Below, in pieces: positions 34,852 to 47,953 of a stretch of 64,000 nt of DNA. Positions within the stretch are counted from its first letter, which is position 1. Every line of letters begins with the position of its first letter. The notes under the pieces are model-generated. The model made no database searches and was not told the origin of the DNA. It saw only the letters and a program-made list of their open reading frames with translations. This stretch comes from the human T2T-CHM13v2.0 reference genome, Homo sapiens: assembly GCF_009914755.1 (NCBI RefSeq), contig NC_060936.1. One strand, written 5' to 3'. The translations under genes were made by a program, and so were the position numbers.

Positions 34852-37800
34852 AAAACCTCTGGGATATATCAAAAGTAGTTCTAAGAGGAACATGTACAGC
34901 GTTAAATACCTACATTAAAAAAAGAAAAGCTCACAGATTAACGAAATTATACCTCAAGGACAAAAAAAAAAAAAAAAAAAAAAAAGAACAGACCAAACCC
35001 AAAGCTAGCAGAAGAAAAGAAATAATAAAGATTGGAACAAAATTAAATAAATTTGAAACCAAAGAAATAATATGACAGGCTGATGAAAATTTGATTATTT
35101 GGAAAAAAAAAATAAAATTAATTAACATTTATACTACAGATACAAAAGATCATCAGAGACTATTGTGAATGACTATATGCTCACAAACTAGAAAACCTAG
35201 AGGAAATGGATAAAGGAAACATATAACCCCCAACATTGACCCAGAAAGAAATAGAAATCCTGAACCGACCAATGACAAGTAGTGAGATTGAATCAGTAAA
35301 ATAATAATAATAAATCTCCCAACAACAGCAACAAAAAGCATATGACCAGATGGATTTACAGTTGAATTGTAATAACATACAAAGAAAACTGATACCAATC
35401 ATAGTGAAGCTGTTTCAACAAACTGAGGAGGAGGGAATCCTCCTTAACTTAGTCTATGAAGCCGTTATCACCCTGATATGAAAACCAGATAAAAGCACAA
35501 CAAAAAAGAATACAACAGACCAATATTCCCCATGAACATACATGCAAAAATCCTCAACAAAATACTAGCACCCTGAAACCAATGGCACATCCAAAAGATA
35601 ATATAACATAATCAAGTGGGTTTCATTTCAGAAATGCAAGATGGGATCGAAATATGCAGATCAATATATGTGATTCTTCACATAGAAAGAATTAAGGACA
35701 AAAACCATACGATCATCCCAATAGATGTAGAAAAGCATTTGATAAAATTCAGCATTCCTTCATGATAAAAACTCTCAACAAACTATTCATAGAAGAAGCA
35801 TACCTTAACATAATAAAGGCCATATATGACAAACGCATGGCGAACATCATCCTGAATGGGGAAAAAGTTGTCCCTAAGAACTGGAACAAGTCAAGGATGC
35901 CCACTCTCACAGCTCCTATTCAACATAGTACTGAAAGTCCTAGCCACAGCAAGCAGGCATGAAAAAGAAATAAAAGGCATTTAAATTGGAAAAGAGGAAG
36001 TCAAATTATCTCTGTTGGTTACTGACATGATCTTATATCTAGAAAACCCTAAAGACTCCACCAAGAAATTATGAGATTTGATAAATGAATTCAGTAGCAT
36101 TTCAGGATACAAGATCAAAGTATAAAAATCTAGCATTTCTACACACCAATAATGCCCAAGCTGAGAAACAGATTAAGAAGGCAATCCAATTTACAACAGC
36201 TACCAAAAAAAAAAAAAAAAAAAAAAAAAACAATAAAACCCTAGGAATATATTTAACCCAGGAGGTGAAAGATCTCTACAAGAAAAACTACAAAACACTG
36301 ATGAAAGAAATTGTATATGACACAAACAAATGGAAAAAATATTTTATACTCACATAAAAAATGGAAAGATATTCCATGTTCATGTATTGGAAGAATCAAT
36401 ATTGTTAAAATGTCCACACTACCCAAAGCAATCTACAGATTCAATGCAATCCCTATCAAAATACCAATGACATTCTTCACAGAAATAGAAAAAAAAATCC
36501 TAAGATGTATGTGAACTACAAAAGACCCAGAATAGCCAAAGCTATCCTAAGCAAAAAGAACAAAACTGGAGAAATCACATTACCTGACTTCAAATTATAC
36601 CACAAAGCTACAGTAACCAAAACAGCATGGTACTGACATAAAACAGACACATCAACCAATGGAACAGAACACAGAAGCCAGAATCAAATCCACACACCTA
36701 CAGTGAACTCATTTTCAACAGAGGTGTCAAGAACGTAAACTGGGAAAATGTCTCTTCAATTCATGGTGCTAAGAAAACTGGATATCCATGTGGAAAAGAA
36801 TAAAACTAGACCCCTATCTCTAGCCATATACAAAATCAAATCAAAATGATTAAAGACTTAAATCTATGACCTCAAGCTATGAAATTACTACAAGAAAACA
36901 TTGAGAAAATTTTTCAGGACTTTGTTCTGGGAAAAATTTCTCGAGCAATACTCCACAAGCACAGGCGTCCAAAGCAAAAATGGGCAAATGGGATCACATC
37001 AAGTTAAAAAGCTTCTGCACAGCAAAGGATACAGTCAACAAAGTGAAGAGAAAAGAATAGGAGAAAATATTTGCAAACTACACACCTGACAAAGGATTAA
37101 TAACCAGAATATAAAAGGAGCTCAAACAACTCTATAGGAAAAAATATATAATAATCTGATAAAAATGGGCAAAATATTTGAATGGACATTTCTCAAAAGA
37201 AGACATACAAATGGAAAACAGGCATATGAAAAGGTGCTCAACATCTTTGATCATCAGAGAAATGCAAATCAAAACTACAATGAGATACCATCTCACCCCA
37301 GTTAAAATGGCTCGTAACCAAAAGATAGGCACTAACAAATGCTGGCAAGGATGTGGAGAAAAGGGAACTTTTGCACACTGTTGGTGGGAACGTCAATTAG
37401 TACAACTGCTATAGAGAACAGCTTGGAGTTTCCTCAGTAAACTAAAAAATTGAACTACCATAAGATCCAGCAATCCAACTGCTAGGTATATACCCCCAAA
37501 AAGGAAATAAGTATGTTGAAGAGATATCTGCACTCCTATGTTTGTTGCAGCACTGTTTACAACAGCTAAGATTTAGAAGCAACCTAAGTGTCCATCAGCG
37601 GTTGAATAGATAAAGAAACTGTGGTACATATACACAACAGAGTACTATTCAACCACAAAAAAGAATGAGATCCAGTCATTTGCAACAACATGGATAGAAC
37701 TGGACATCATTATGTTAAGTGAAATAAGCCAGGCACAGAAAGACAAACATCCCATGTTCTCACTTATTTGTGGGGTCTAAAAATCAAAACAATTGAACTC

Positions 37801-39828
37801 ACAGAGATAGAGAGTAGAAGGATGATTACCAGAGGCTGAAAAGGGTAGTGGGAGGGGGGAGGGGGGATGGAGATGGTTAATGCGTTCGGAAAAGAAGAAA
37901 GAATGAATAAGACCTACTATTTGGTGGCACAACAGGGTGACTACAGTCAATGATAAATTGTGTATTGTAAAACAAAAATAAAAAAAGAAAGAGGCAGGAA
38001 AGAGAATGAAAGAAAGAAGAAAAGAGTTTGGAAACATCAACTTTTGTGCAAGAGGTATATGGCTTTTTTGTATGTGAATTTGCAGTGGGGAGAATGCACT
38101 AACCCAAAATTTGAAGGACTTAAGTGTGAAAGCGCATTTCTTTGCACTTCTGTGCTGTACAACTGTACATCAGCCTGTCGAGGCCCTACAGGAAGGTGTG
38201 CACTGGCATGAAAGATCTCTTGGCCACTCCAAAGGTTTCTCCCCATCCAGAGATCGGCTGAGACAAGCACTCCCTATCACATGATGAAGGACTGGGTAAC
38301 TGTCTTGGACTCCAGTAGCCAATCTTTTGGGAGCCAGCACACGCCCTTGGTTCATGGGATGTGCTAATAATTTAGACTTGAGATCACACGAGCCCTGCCT
38401 TTCTTGATCTACTCTTAGTTCATGTACAGTAAAGTAGTTCCGTTAAACTAAACTCTTCAGAGTTTAGTTCTGGCAACAGGTTTGGGAGGTGGAAACACTC
38501 AGGTTCAAAGGGTTTTGTGCCCCTCTGGATATATACTTTAAACATTTTCTGGAATAAAATAACACTTTGATTTAGGTTTGGTAGTCATTTCATTATTGAC
38601 AGTATGATACAGTGTTCCTTATCATAAACAAGTGTGCAGAGACTATGAGCAAGTCAGAACTGTAAGAGTGTGTGTATGTGATTTTAGAGAGTGCCACTTT
38701 TAGCAACTATGAGAAAAGCTGTATTTTCAAAGTAATTTGAAATCTCTTAGTTTTAATTTTTCTTTTCTTACCTTTTTTTTTGGGGGGGGGTAGGATGTTA
38801 CAAAAGGTTTTAAAATTAACAGAATGGTTTTTAGAAATGCCACAATGTACATTTGCTTGCTGTACCCATGCCGGATTGTAAGCTCCATAAGAGGAGGTGT
38901 TGTCCGTTTAAATACCATAACCCTGACCCAAGCACAGTGCCAGGTACTGCCAAGAGTATGCAGTCCAAGTATTTGTTTATTGACTATGGCATTATATGGC
39001 AAAAAAAAAAAAAAAAAAAAAAGAATTTGGGAACTAACAGTTAACTTTGCCTATCTTGATCTTCTTACTCAATTCAACTCTTTTCTCAAACCCAATCGAC
39101 ATTATTGTTACATGCTCAATGAAGTAGCAATAACTAATCTTCATTGCTAATATTCAGTGCTTATTTTTAAATTACTCTGTTGCTTGAAATATCAATGCCT
39201 GTAAAATTAATTTATTTTTAGATCAAGGGATGAAGTAACCTCTGTTGCCCAAAAAACTGGAACTATATTAATTATATCAACAACTTTAGCGATTTTATGA
39301 TTACAAAGTTCCAAGTGTCAAGTTTTATAAGATCCAAAAGTAAGCTGTTCCAAATGCCTTTAATGCGGAGTTCAATGCTATTTATTGGCATGGAAAAAAA
39401 GACTTCAAAGAACACATACACAATGTTGGTGTTTATCTCAATGGTCTGATAACGAGTGATTATTTTCTATATTCTCTTTTACTTCTCAGTTTTGTCCAAC
39501 TTTACTAAAATATGCATTTTATAGTTAAAAGAAAAATTACCAGACTTCTGGTTTTTAATAATCCTGCTAGTAGCAGCCTATGAAATCTTTTCTCACCAAA
39601 ATAATAATGAAAATGTTGAAAAATAAATGAAAGAACAACACAAAATTTGGCTTGAGATTCTAGTGTGATACAAGGCAATTTCCCAGTAATAAGTTCCTAG
39701 GCCATCAGATTGTCATAGTGATCTATTCAGGTACCCTGAAGTCACACACACTCTGGACTTAGTTGTTTCCTGTGTGTACGCTAAACTTCTAAGTAAAATT
39801 ATGATGGGAGGAAGTCAGTTAACCTCAC

Positions 39829-39897
39829 AGCAAAACCTCCAGAGGAAGAACCAGTAAGAATCTGTCAGTATTGCAGCCAAAATAAAAACTATCATCC
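39829..39897 (-). pseudogene. Candidate 69-nt exon (DDSFYFGCNTDRFLLVLPLEVLL)
   Basis: tttttttaaacag|GG...CT|gtgagg. Length is a multiple of 3. Confidence 0.55.
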
Positions 39898-40689
39898 CTG
39901 TTTAAAAAAAAAGTCACTTACATTGGTCATTTTCCACCCTAGTAAAAGAATAAACAGAAGAATGTGATAATACCACCAAAATTAAATAACATTGAGTCTA
40001 GGACATCAGCAGGCATAATAATGACCTTGAATGCAAAAATCTGCATAAAGAAGAAGAAATAAGATAGCTAAATGCTAATGACATTTATACTCAGACATTT
40101 TCCATGGTTTCTCTTGCTACTGCATAGATAACCTGACATATTTGCTTTTCCCCATAAGTAATTTAAATGCTCATTATATTAATACAGTATAACAAAAAAT
40201 AATGTTAGGATTGTTTTAGTCTAGTGAAACAAATCTCTAAATTTTTCATTTTTTTATGGGAAAATTAATTGGTGTTTAAGTTGTTTTGAATTATCTTTCA
40301 CTTTTCAGAAATGTTGTTGTCAGGTGAATCAAGACACAGGTAGTCCCTTTACAAAATTTGAAATAAGAAAGGTGATATCTCCTCAAGCCCTTCTTAAGAT
40401 TATCTTTCAACTAAGACTTTAAAATGTTTCTATGCTATTATATTTATGTATATACCACATGTTTATACATATATATATTTCATGTTGGAAAAATATAATT
40501 TAAAAAAAAGTTCTAGCCCAGAAATCCTTTCCACAAATGTAGTAAATAAATAAAATCCTTTTATTATTAAATAAGCATCAAACCAGAATATGAGGCACAT
40601 CATAAGCAATCTACTAAGAGATTGCAAAGACCAGAAAGAACTCACCATTTTATATAACCAAGCAGGCACAACCTGTCACATGTATGTTC

Positions 40690-41170
40690 TCATGAAAAAT
40701 AGTAGTCCTCAAGTAATAGGACTTGATAGCACCATTCGTCACACATGCATCCTGAATTCACCTGGTAATTGAAGTGACCATTTGTATTAGCTAATTGATT
40801 TTATCCAGAGAAGAAACACACTTCTCATATCTTTATGGCAGAAGATAGTTTTGCAACTTGGAACAGGCCACCTACCAAAGTTAAGCTCCATCTCTCCCAC
40901 AGAGACTGAGAGATAGAGGTACTATCTCCCTTGATGTCTACATTCAAGAATATGGCTCAAGATCCTTGAGAAATACATTTTTGGGTCATAAAACTGCCAA
41001 AAGACCTATCTAGCTTTCAAAAGGATTTATACACATTTCAAAGAGAGGAGCAAGTACTTACAATTGCAGGTTTTCTTAAGTAAATGCTTAAAGTGAAAGG
41101 AACGAGAAATCTCTTCCCTTATTTACAATGCCTATAATTAAGTCTTTCATTTTTAATTTTTCTTTGTCCT
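40690..41170. mobile_element. Probable ERV1-class LTR (MER34/MER39-like)
   Basis: cttctcatatctttatggcagaagatagttttgcaacttgg... resembles this LTR group. Family uncertain. Confidence 0.45.
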
Positions 41171-41580
41171 TATAATAGCTATATAGGGCATATTTATGTG
41201 TGTGTGTAAAACTATATGAAAACTATCTTTTGTATGCATTTATAGATATACACATATATACAGTATATTAACTATGTATAAAAGAAATTGATGGCAAAAA
41301 AGACTATCTGGTAAATAATAGTACCAAAAAGGACTACAAAAATATATCAAAAAGTTAACATTGGTTATGTCTGAATTATCAGACTCTGTGTCATTTTTAT
41401 CTTCTCCTTTCTACTTATATGTATGTAAAATGATTTTAGCACACGTTCTGTTTTTAACTGAGAAAAAAAAACACAGTTTGTTTTTTAAATATTGAAAAAT
41501 ATTTCCCAAAAATTATCGGCAAAAATTTTCCCATCTGTGAGAAAAGAAGATGCCAATTTTTTAAACAAAAATAATGTAAG

Positions 41581-41945
<365 letters not shown>

Positions 41946-42288
41946 TTATTATTCAGCAAGATGAAGACCAAGGGTGAGTTTGCTGAACTCAATTTCTACA
42001 GTTTGAAGTGATCACAATATTGGCAGAGGAGAAAAGCTGATTGATTGTTACCATGATGAGGATAAATAGCGAGATGGAGGGCCAGTGGCTGAGTCCATGG
42101 GTACTATCAATGAGTGATCAAAGCAACTAGTGGTTCATACCAACCACAATTCAAGTAACAGTCGCTAAGCTATTTTCAGAATCAGTTCCCTCTTCTGAGA
42201 TATAGGACCCTACTGTTTTTCCCCCTTAAGAGCTATTTTCTCACAGGAGAAATGGAATTAATACTTCAGCCTTTGCAAGTAGACATAC

Positions 42289-42599
42289 AGCTCCAGATAT
42301 TTTCCAAAAACTTTCTCAGCCTGCTGATAAATAAACTGCTATCTGGATTGTCCCACCAGGTCAGCAAATAAATTGCAAAACATCCAAAACCAGAAATAAA
42401 AACATTCAGGGCTCAGGATGACTATTCCACCAAAGAAACAAGAAATCAGAATGTGCAAGATACATATTCTGCTAAGCTCTCTGCCATCAAGAGCAATTGG
42501 AACATCCCAGCTTGGAATCCCAGAAGCCTCAGGAGTGGAAAGCCCCAGAGAACAAAAAACCTCAAAAGCACAGTGCAATGTGCAGGAAAAAATACAGAC
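42289..42599 (-). pseudogene. Candidate exon carrying the BTB core
   Basis: ggctttcag|GTC...GCT|gtatgt. FPAHCTVL, LFSGAF..GFWDSK and IALDG...LISCFFGGIVILSPE appear in successive frames. Confidence 0.6.
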
Positions 42600-43412
42600 C
42601 TGAAAGCCAGGCAGAACTGATATGAAATCCCTACTTAGATATTTACTGGTCATATGACCCTGGGTAAGTTATTCCTACCCACCTCTTTCTTAATCTGGAA
42701 AATGGGGATATCAATCTATGCATTAAAGGGTCACTGTAAAGAATGAAAATACATGTAAAATTCCTGGCTCAAGTTAGGCATTCAATAATTGACAGCTATA
42801 TAATATTCCTACAGTACCATTGTGACACAATGGGACAATAAGAAGACTTGATTTGGTTGAGAATTGGCCTATATAATGTAATTTTTTAACCTTTTTTTAA
42901 TATACTTTAAGTTCTAGGGTTAGCTTACAGCAATCTCTCTTTTTTGTATTCCTTCAACACTTTTGTCCATATTATGCCTTGAAGCTACTGTATCTACCTT
43001 GTATTTTCAAATTTATTATTTACCACACTAGAGTTGAGCTCTTTCAAAACAGCAACTATTGAATTTGTGATGGATTATGTTCCATACTTCAGGCATATTT
43101 GCCTACCTTATGATAAGAACAGATACCAGAGAGGAAAGTTGTTATTTCCTAAAACAGCTAAAAACATGTATAGTGCCTGTATATCTGTGTTCACAACTAA
43201 CCATTCTATGAAAAATGCAAGCAGAAAGATAATTTAATTTATTGATTTGTGAGATTTTTGCTTATATTTTTCACACTAAGCAGAGAAACTGCTTTAAAGA
43301 GCTACAGATAAACGCAGTAAATGGATTAAAGAATGATGCAAATGTTATTACACAGATTTTGTTTGAAAGAAAGGGCAAAGGTATCATTTAGTCCAATTTA
43401 GAAAACAGTTAA

Positions 43413-43550
43413 TCCTTCCTTCCTTTCTTCCTTTCTTCCTTCCTTCCTTTCTTCCTTCCTTCCTTCTTTTCTTCCTTCTTTCTTTTCTTCCTTTCTTCTT
43501 TCTTTCCTTTCTTCCTTCTTTCCTTCCTTTCTTCCTCCCTCCCTCCCTAT
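43413..43550. repeat. (TTCC/TTTC)n polypyrimidine simple repeat
   Basis: Seen directly. Confidence 0.95.
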
Positions 43551-44439
43551 CTCTCATTCACACCTTTCCTCCCTCACTCCCTTCCTTTCTGGACAGTTCA
43601 GTGCTAAAACCACTAGGTGGGGCCAAGCAAGATGGGCTCCAGCCTGCCTTACCATCTGCATACTTGACTGCTCCCCTTGAGCTCTTTGCTGCAGCTGAAT
43701 TAAACCACTTGCTCTTTCCACCTCTGTATGTCTGTTCACCCCGAAGATTCTTCTCCCTAGCCTGTGGACAATTCACGCCCAGCTTCCTTCCCCACCACCC
43801 CTGCTGATGTCTAAACCAGTTCCAACCATACTTCAAGGCATAGTATCTCAAGGACTGCCACAGCTCACAAAATAATATTTTCCTCCTCTTAACTTTCTCA
43901 GAATTTTCTCTGTATCTCTCTTATGGCTTATCACTTTCTCTGTTGCATTCTTATTATTCAAGAATATATCCTATCATCTCTGGAAGATTGTAAATTCATT
44001 CAGAGTGGAAAGGGAAGAATTTATATCTGATGAATCTTGTCATTCCCTGAAGTACATAGCACAGTGCCTATAATACACTACCAGACATTTAATTAGGATT
44101 TATCAATGATGTATTAGGTGAGAAAAAGGTAAAAAACCATGTTAGGCAACAAGAAATAGGGATGGAGATTAATGCATTCACACATTCATTCAACACATGC
44201 TGAGTGTCAGACACAGTGGGAAAAAAAAAGACTATAAAAGATAAAAATAGTGGGAGACAAAGAAAGATATAGTGGGTGTAGTGGTCACAGGACTATATGG
44301 AGATTGCCAAAGGTCAGGCTGAAGGATAGAGACTTCAGACTAGAGATGCTAAAAAGTACCAGCATCATCATTTATAATTATATATAATTTACCATATTAT
44401 TGACATCATTTATAATGATGTTAATTATTTACTATGTCC

Positions 44440-44480
<41 letters not shown>
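44440..44480. repeat. Compound (TA)n(GA)n microsatellite next to a MIR
   Basis: Seen directly. MIR core at ~44480-44670. Confidence 0.95.
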
Positions 44481-44920
44481 ACGTTTCATTTAACCATCTC
44501 CAACACCCTCTGATGTTTGCAGATGAAGAAATAAGTTTAAAGAGATTAAGAAATTTGCTCAAGTTCAATACCGAGGTTAATAAGCTAATACTTGCTGCAG
44601 TTAATACAGGGCAGGCTGGGATTCAAACCTAGGGCAGTGTGGCTCCAGAGCACTTAACCACTATACTATAAATCCACAAGGTTCTTAGGTAGAAGAAAGA
44701 CTGCATTAAAAACTGTGATTGTAGGAAAAGTCCTGTAACAGTGACCTGTTGGATTGACTGACTTTGAAAGGACCTAAGGAAGACATACTGTGAATACTCC
44801 TCAGTGATTCCCTACATTTATCCATCAAGCCAGGTTCTCAAAATTCTCCAGAAAATAACTCTAATCCAATTCTGTTGTAGATGACACGCAACATCAGCAA
44901 TGCGCTGGTGGCCATAAGGT

Positions 44921-45502
44921 ACTTTTTAAAATTTTTTGTTTCCTTAGGTTTTGGGGGAACAGGTGGTATTTAGTACGTAAGTAAGGTCTTTAGTGGTTAT
45001 TTGTGAGAATTTGGTGCACCCATCACCCAAGCAGTATACGCTGAACCCAATTTGCGGTCTTTTAGCCCTCATCCCCCTCTCACCCTTTTCCCCGAGTACC
45101 CAAAGTCCATTGTATCATTCTTATGCCTTTGCATCCTCATAGCTTAGCTCCTACTTATGAGTGAGAATATATGATGTTTGCTTTTCCATTCCTGAGTTAC
45201 TTCACTTAGAATAACAGTCTCCAGTTCCATCCAGGTTGCTGTGAATGCGATTAATTCATTCCTTTTTATGGCTGAGTAGTATTCCATTGTATGTATGTAT
45301 ATATAGTCACAATTTCTGTATCCACTCGTTGATTGACGGGTATTTTGGTTGGCTTCATATTTTTGCAATTGCAAATTGTGCTGCTATAAACATGCATGTG
45401 CAGGTATCTTTTTTGTTTAATGACTTCTTTTCCTCTGGGTAGATACCCAGTAGTAGGATTGCTGAATCAAACGGTAGTTCTACTTTTAGTTGTTTAAGGA
45501 AT
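44921..45502 (-). mobile_element. 5'-truncated L1PB-like 3' end
   Basis: TSD gtggccataaggt at 44908-44920 and 45503-45515. Confidence 0.9.
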
Positions 45503-46380
45503 GTGGCCATAAGGTCTTAATACAAAGGCTTAAAAAGGTGTCTAACTAATTGACATTGTTTTGCGGGAAAAGATCATTAATTACCCCACCAGATTGAGGG
45601 ACAGTCTCCAAGACAACTGACCTTGACTCTTCAAAACTGTCAGTACTACTAAAGATAGAACAAAGGCCTGGGAACTACTTTAGATTGAAAGAGATCGAGA
45701 GACAAATCAATGAAATATATGACCCTCCGATTGGATTCTGAATTTTTAAAAATAAAAGCTGTATGGAACATTATCTATGCAATTGAGGAAATTTTAAGAC
45801 TGGCTATATATTACATAATATTATTGTATCAATGTTAAAATTGTGGATGTAATAATGGCATTATGGTATTTAGGAAAATTTCCCAGTTTTCAGGAGATGA
45901 CGCTGAAATATTTACGAATGCAGTGGTAAATGCTTGTGACTTATTTTTAAATGACTCTGCAAAATAAAAGTAGCAAAGTTAATTGGTGCACCTAGGTGAT
46001 GTTACACTGGTGTTCATTTTCTCAACCTTAAAATTTATTAAAATAAAAAGTTAAGTATATGCATCATCCTAGAATACCAAGGAGTCATTTACAAATCTAT
46101 ATGAGTAAATTTTAAAGTGTAAACACACCAATATGCTAACAGAAATATCTATTTGCTATATTATCAACTTGGAAAATACAAAACTTTTTTTGGTAATCTC
46201 CACAAGAATGAGGTGGGAGAAGGTAATTTGTATAAAAATCCTTAAACAGAAAATCTTCAAGAATTACACTCTAGAAATTCATGTCTGTTATTTGCTCTGT
46301 ACAGCTCTCCTCCCAAGAAAGAACTGAGGTTGTGCCAGGAATTTTTTACTATAAAACATTATGATGCCAGTGTGGCTTAC

Positions 46381-46663
46381 ACATCCAGACAACATCTGGC
46401 ACATCCGGCAAAGAAAACTTAAATTACTGGAGGTCTGCTAAAGATGTAAGATACATAAGCTTGGATCTTTGATATATAAATTATGTCTTTTAATGATGAT
46501 GAACTCAGTTTGGAGATAGAAACATATAATTTCAGAACTTTTTTCATTAAATGCTCCAAACAGTAGGAAGAAGACAAAAAAAAACACACTATTTTTCTCC
46601 CAACAGTAGAATCCTCATAATCATTATTAAATATCCACTTTATTGTGTGACTTCAAAATATAT
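46381..46663 (-). pseudogene. Candidate exon carrying the BTB lead-in (YLTSLADLQ*FKFSLPDVPDVV)
   Basis: Donor TGT|gtaagc. Acceptor ctttcag at 46663, or an alternative at 46553 after a long pyrimidine tract. Confidence 0.5.
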
Positions 46664-47329
46664 CTGAAAGCTAGTTTTGCTCTATTATTATATATGAGCT
46701 TATAATTATGTCTATAGCTCTTTACATGATAAAAACATTCTTCAAAATGTTTAAATATGTGATACTTCCATGAGGTATCTGCCTAAATCTAAAGTGACCT
46801 AACAATTCTTTAAGATATATTTATAAGATGCTAAATGAATACTAGTTTTGTTAGGGAGGAAGAAAGTTTATTTAGTCATATCCTCTTTAAATTAGTGGGG
46901 TTTTTTTGACCATATCTTATAGTTGTAGTCACTGTGCTGAGGTTTTAAAACTTAAAGATCATCAAGTATTTACTTTAAATCTATCATACACTCATTGTAC
47001 TAGGAAAATAGGCCATGACCACATGGTTGCAGTTTTTCTAATCTACCACTGCAAAGGTTCCTTGATCCCTTAGGAATGGTATGTTATCCAAGAAAGCTGA
47101 GTCATAAATTTCCTTGCAAATTTCATTATAATACAAATACTGTTTTAAGAAAAATAATGACCCTGTCTAACAAAAAGATCTCTAGGCCATAGTACAAATG
47201 GTCCATGTTTTTGAATGAATATTCAAGATGATAATATCCCATTGCTCCAAAAGCACACAGATCTTATTTCATTTATACTTTCCCTTCCTTCTTCAGTCAC
47301 TATTTATGCTACCCACAAAATATTTCTGA

Positions 47330-47665
47330 TTAAACTTCTAGGCACCTAGTAAGATGCCCTTCTGAGCCTGCTTGAAATTACATGTGACCATATGAAATGC
47401 TTTGGCCAATGAAATGTGAGCATAAGTGCCAAGCAGCAGTTTCAAGAGCCAGTGCATAATAATAAAAAGTGCCCAGCTCTCCTTTCTTCTGCCAGAGTGG
47501 TCGGCAACCTCCAGGTGGAGTTGCTTCATCAGACTGAGTACTAAATAGAAGATACAGCAGAGTAGAGCCCTCAAATCACAAGAAGTAAACCTGTTAGTTT
47601 TAAGCCACTGACGTTTGGTGTTGTATATTAATTACCACAGCATAATCAAGCCTATCATGACAAGC
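47330..47665 (+). mobile_element. MLT1-type MaLR LTR
   Basis: tggccaatgaaatgtgagc...agaagtaaacctgttagttttaagccactga. Confidence 0.7.
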
Positions 47666-47901
47666 ACACCCTCCATATTTCTCTCAAGATGACTGTGTTA
47701 GGCCCTTGAAGTTTGCAAAGAATAGGAATATAATCACTGGTTACTTGGCTAATGAGTGCTTATTGTAATGGTATATGACTGCAGAACCAAGCCTTATGGA
47801 CACAGGATACGAGGCAGCACTTGTTTCCCTTATGGTCCTCTCAGCAGCAATCACCTGTTGATTGATAGTCATGTGTTCTCACATTATAAGAAATCATTTA
47901 C

Positions 47902-47953
47902 CCTCCATATTGCTCCTTCTGCCATCCTACAACAATGCTGATTTATAAGGCCT
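47902..47953 (-). pseudogene. Candidate start-codon exon
   Basis: ttgttacag|AGG...GCAATATGGAGG|gtaaat. Strong-Kozak ATG at 47908 with an in-frame stop upstream. Confidence 0.35.

Noticed and set aside
42892-42920. ~28-bp L1 3' terminus on the minus strand
   Set aside because: Probably an extremely truncated insertion, but there is no clear TSD and it is too short to interpret.
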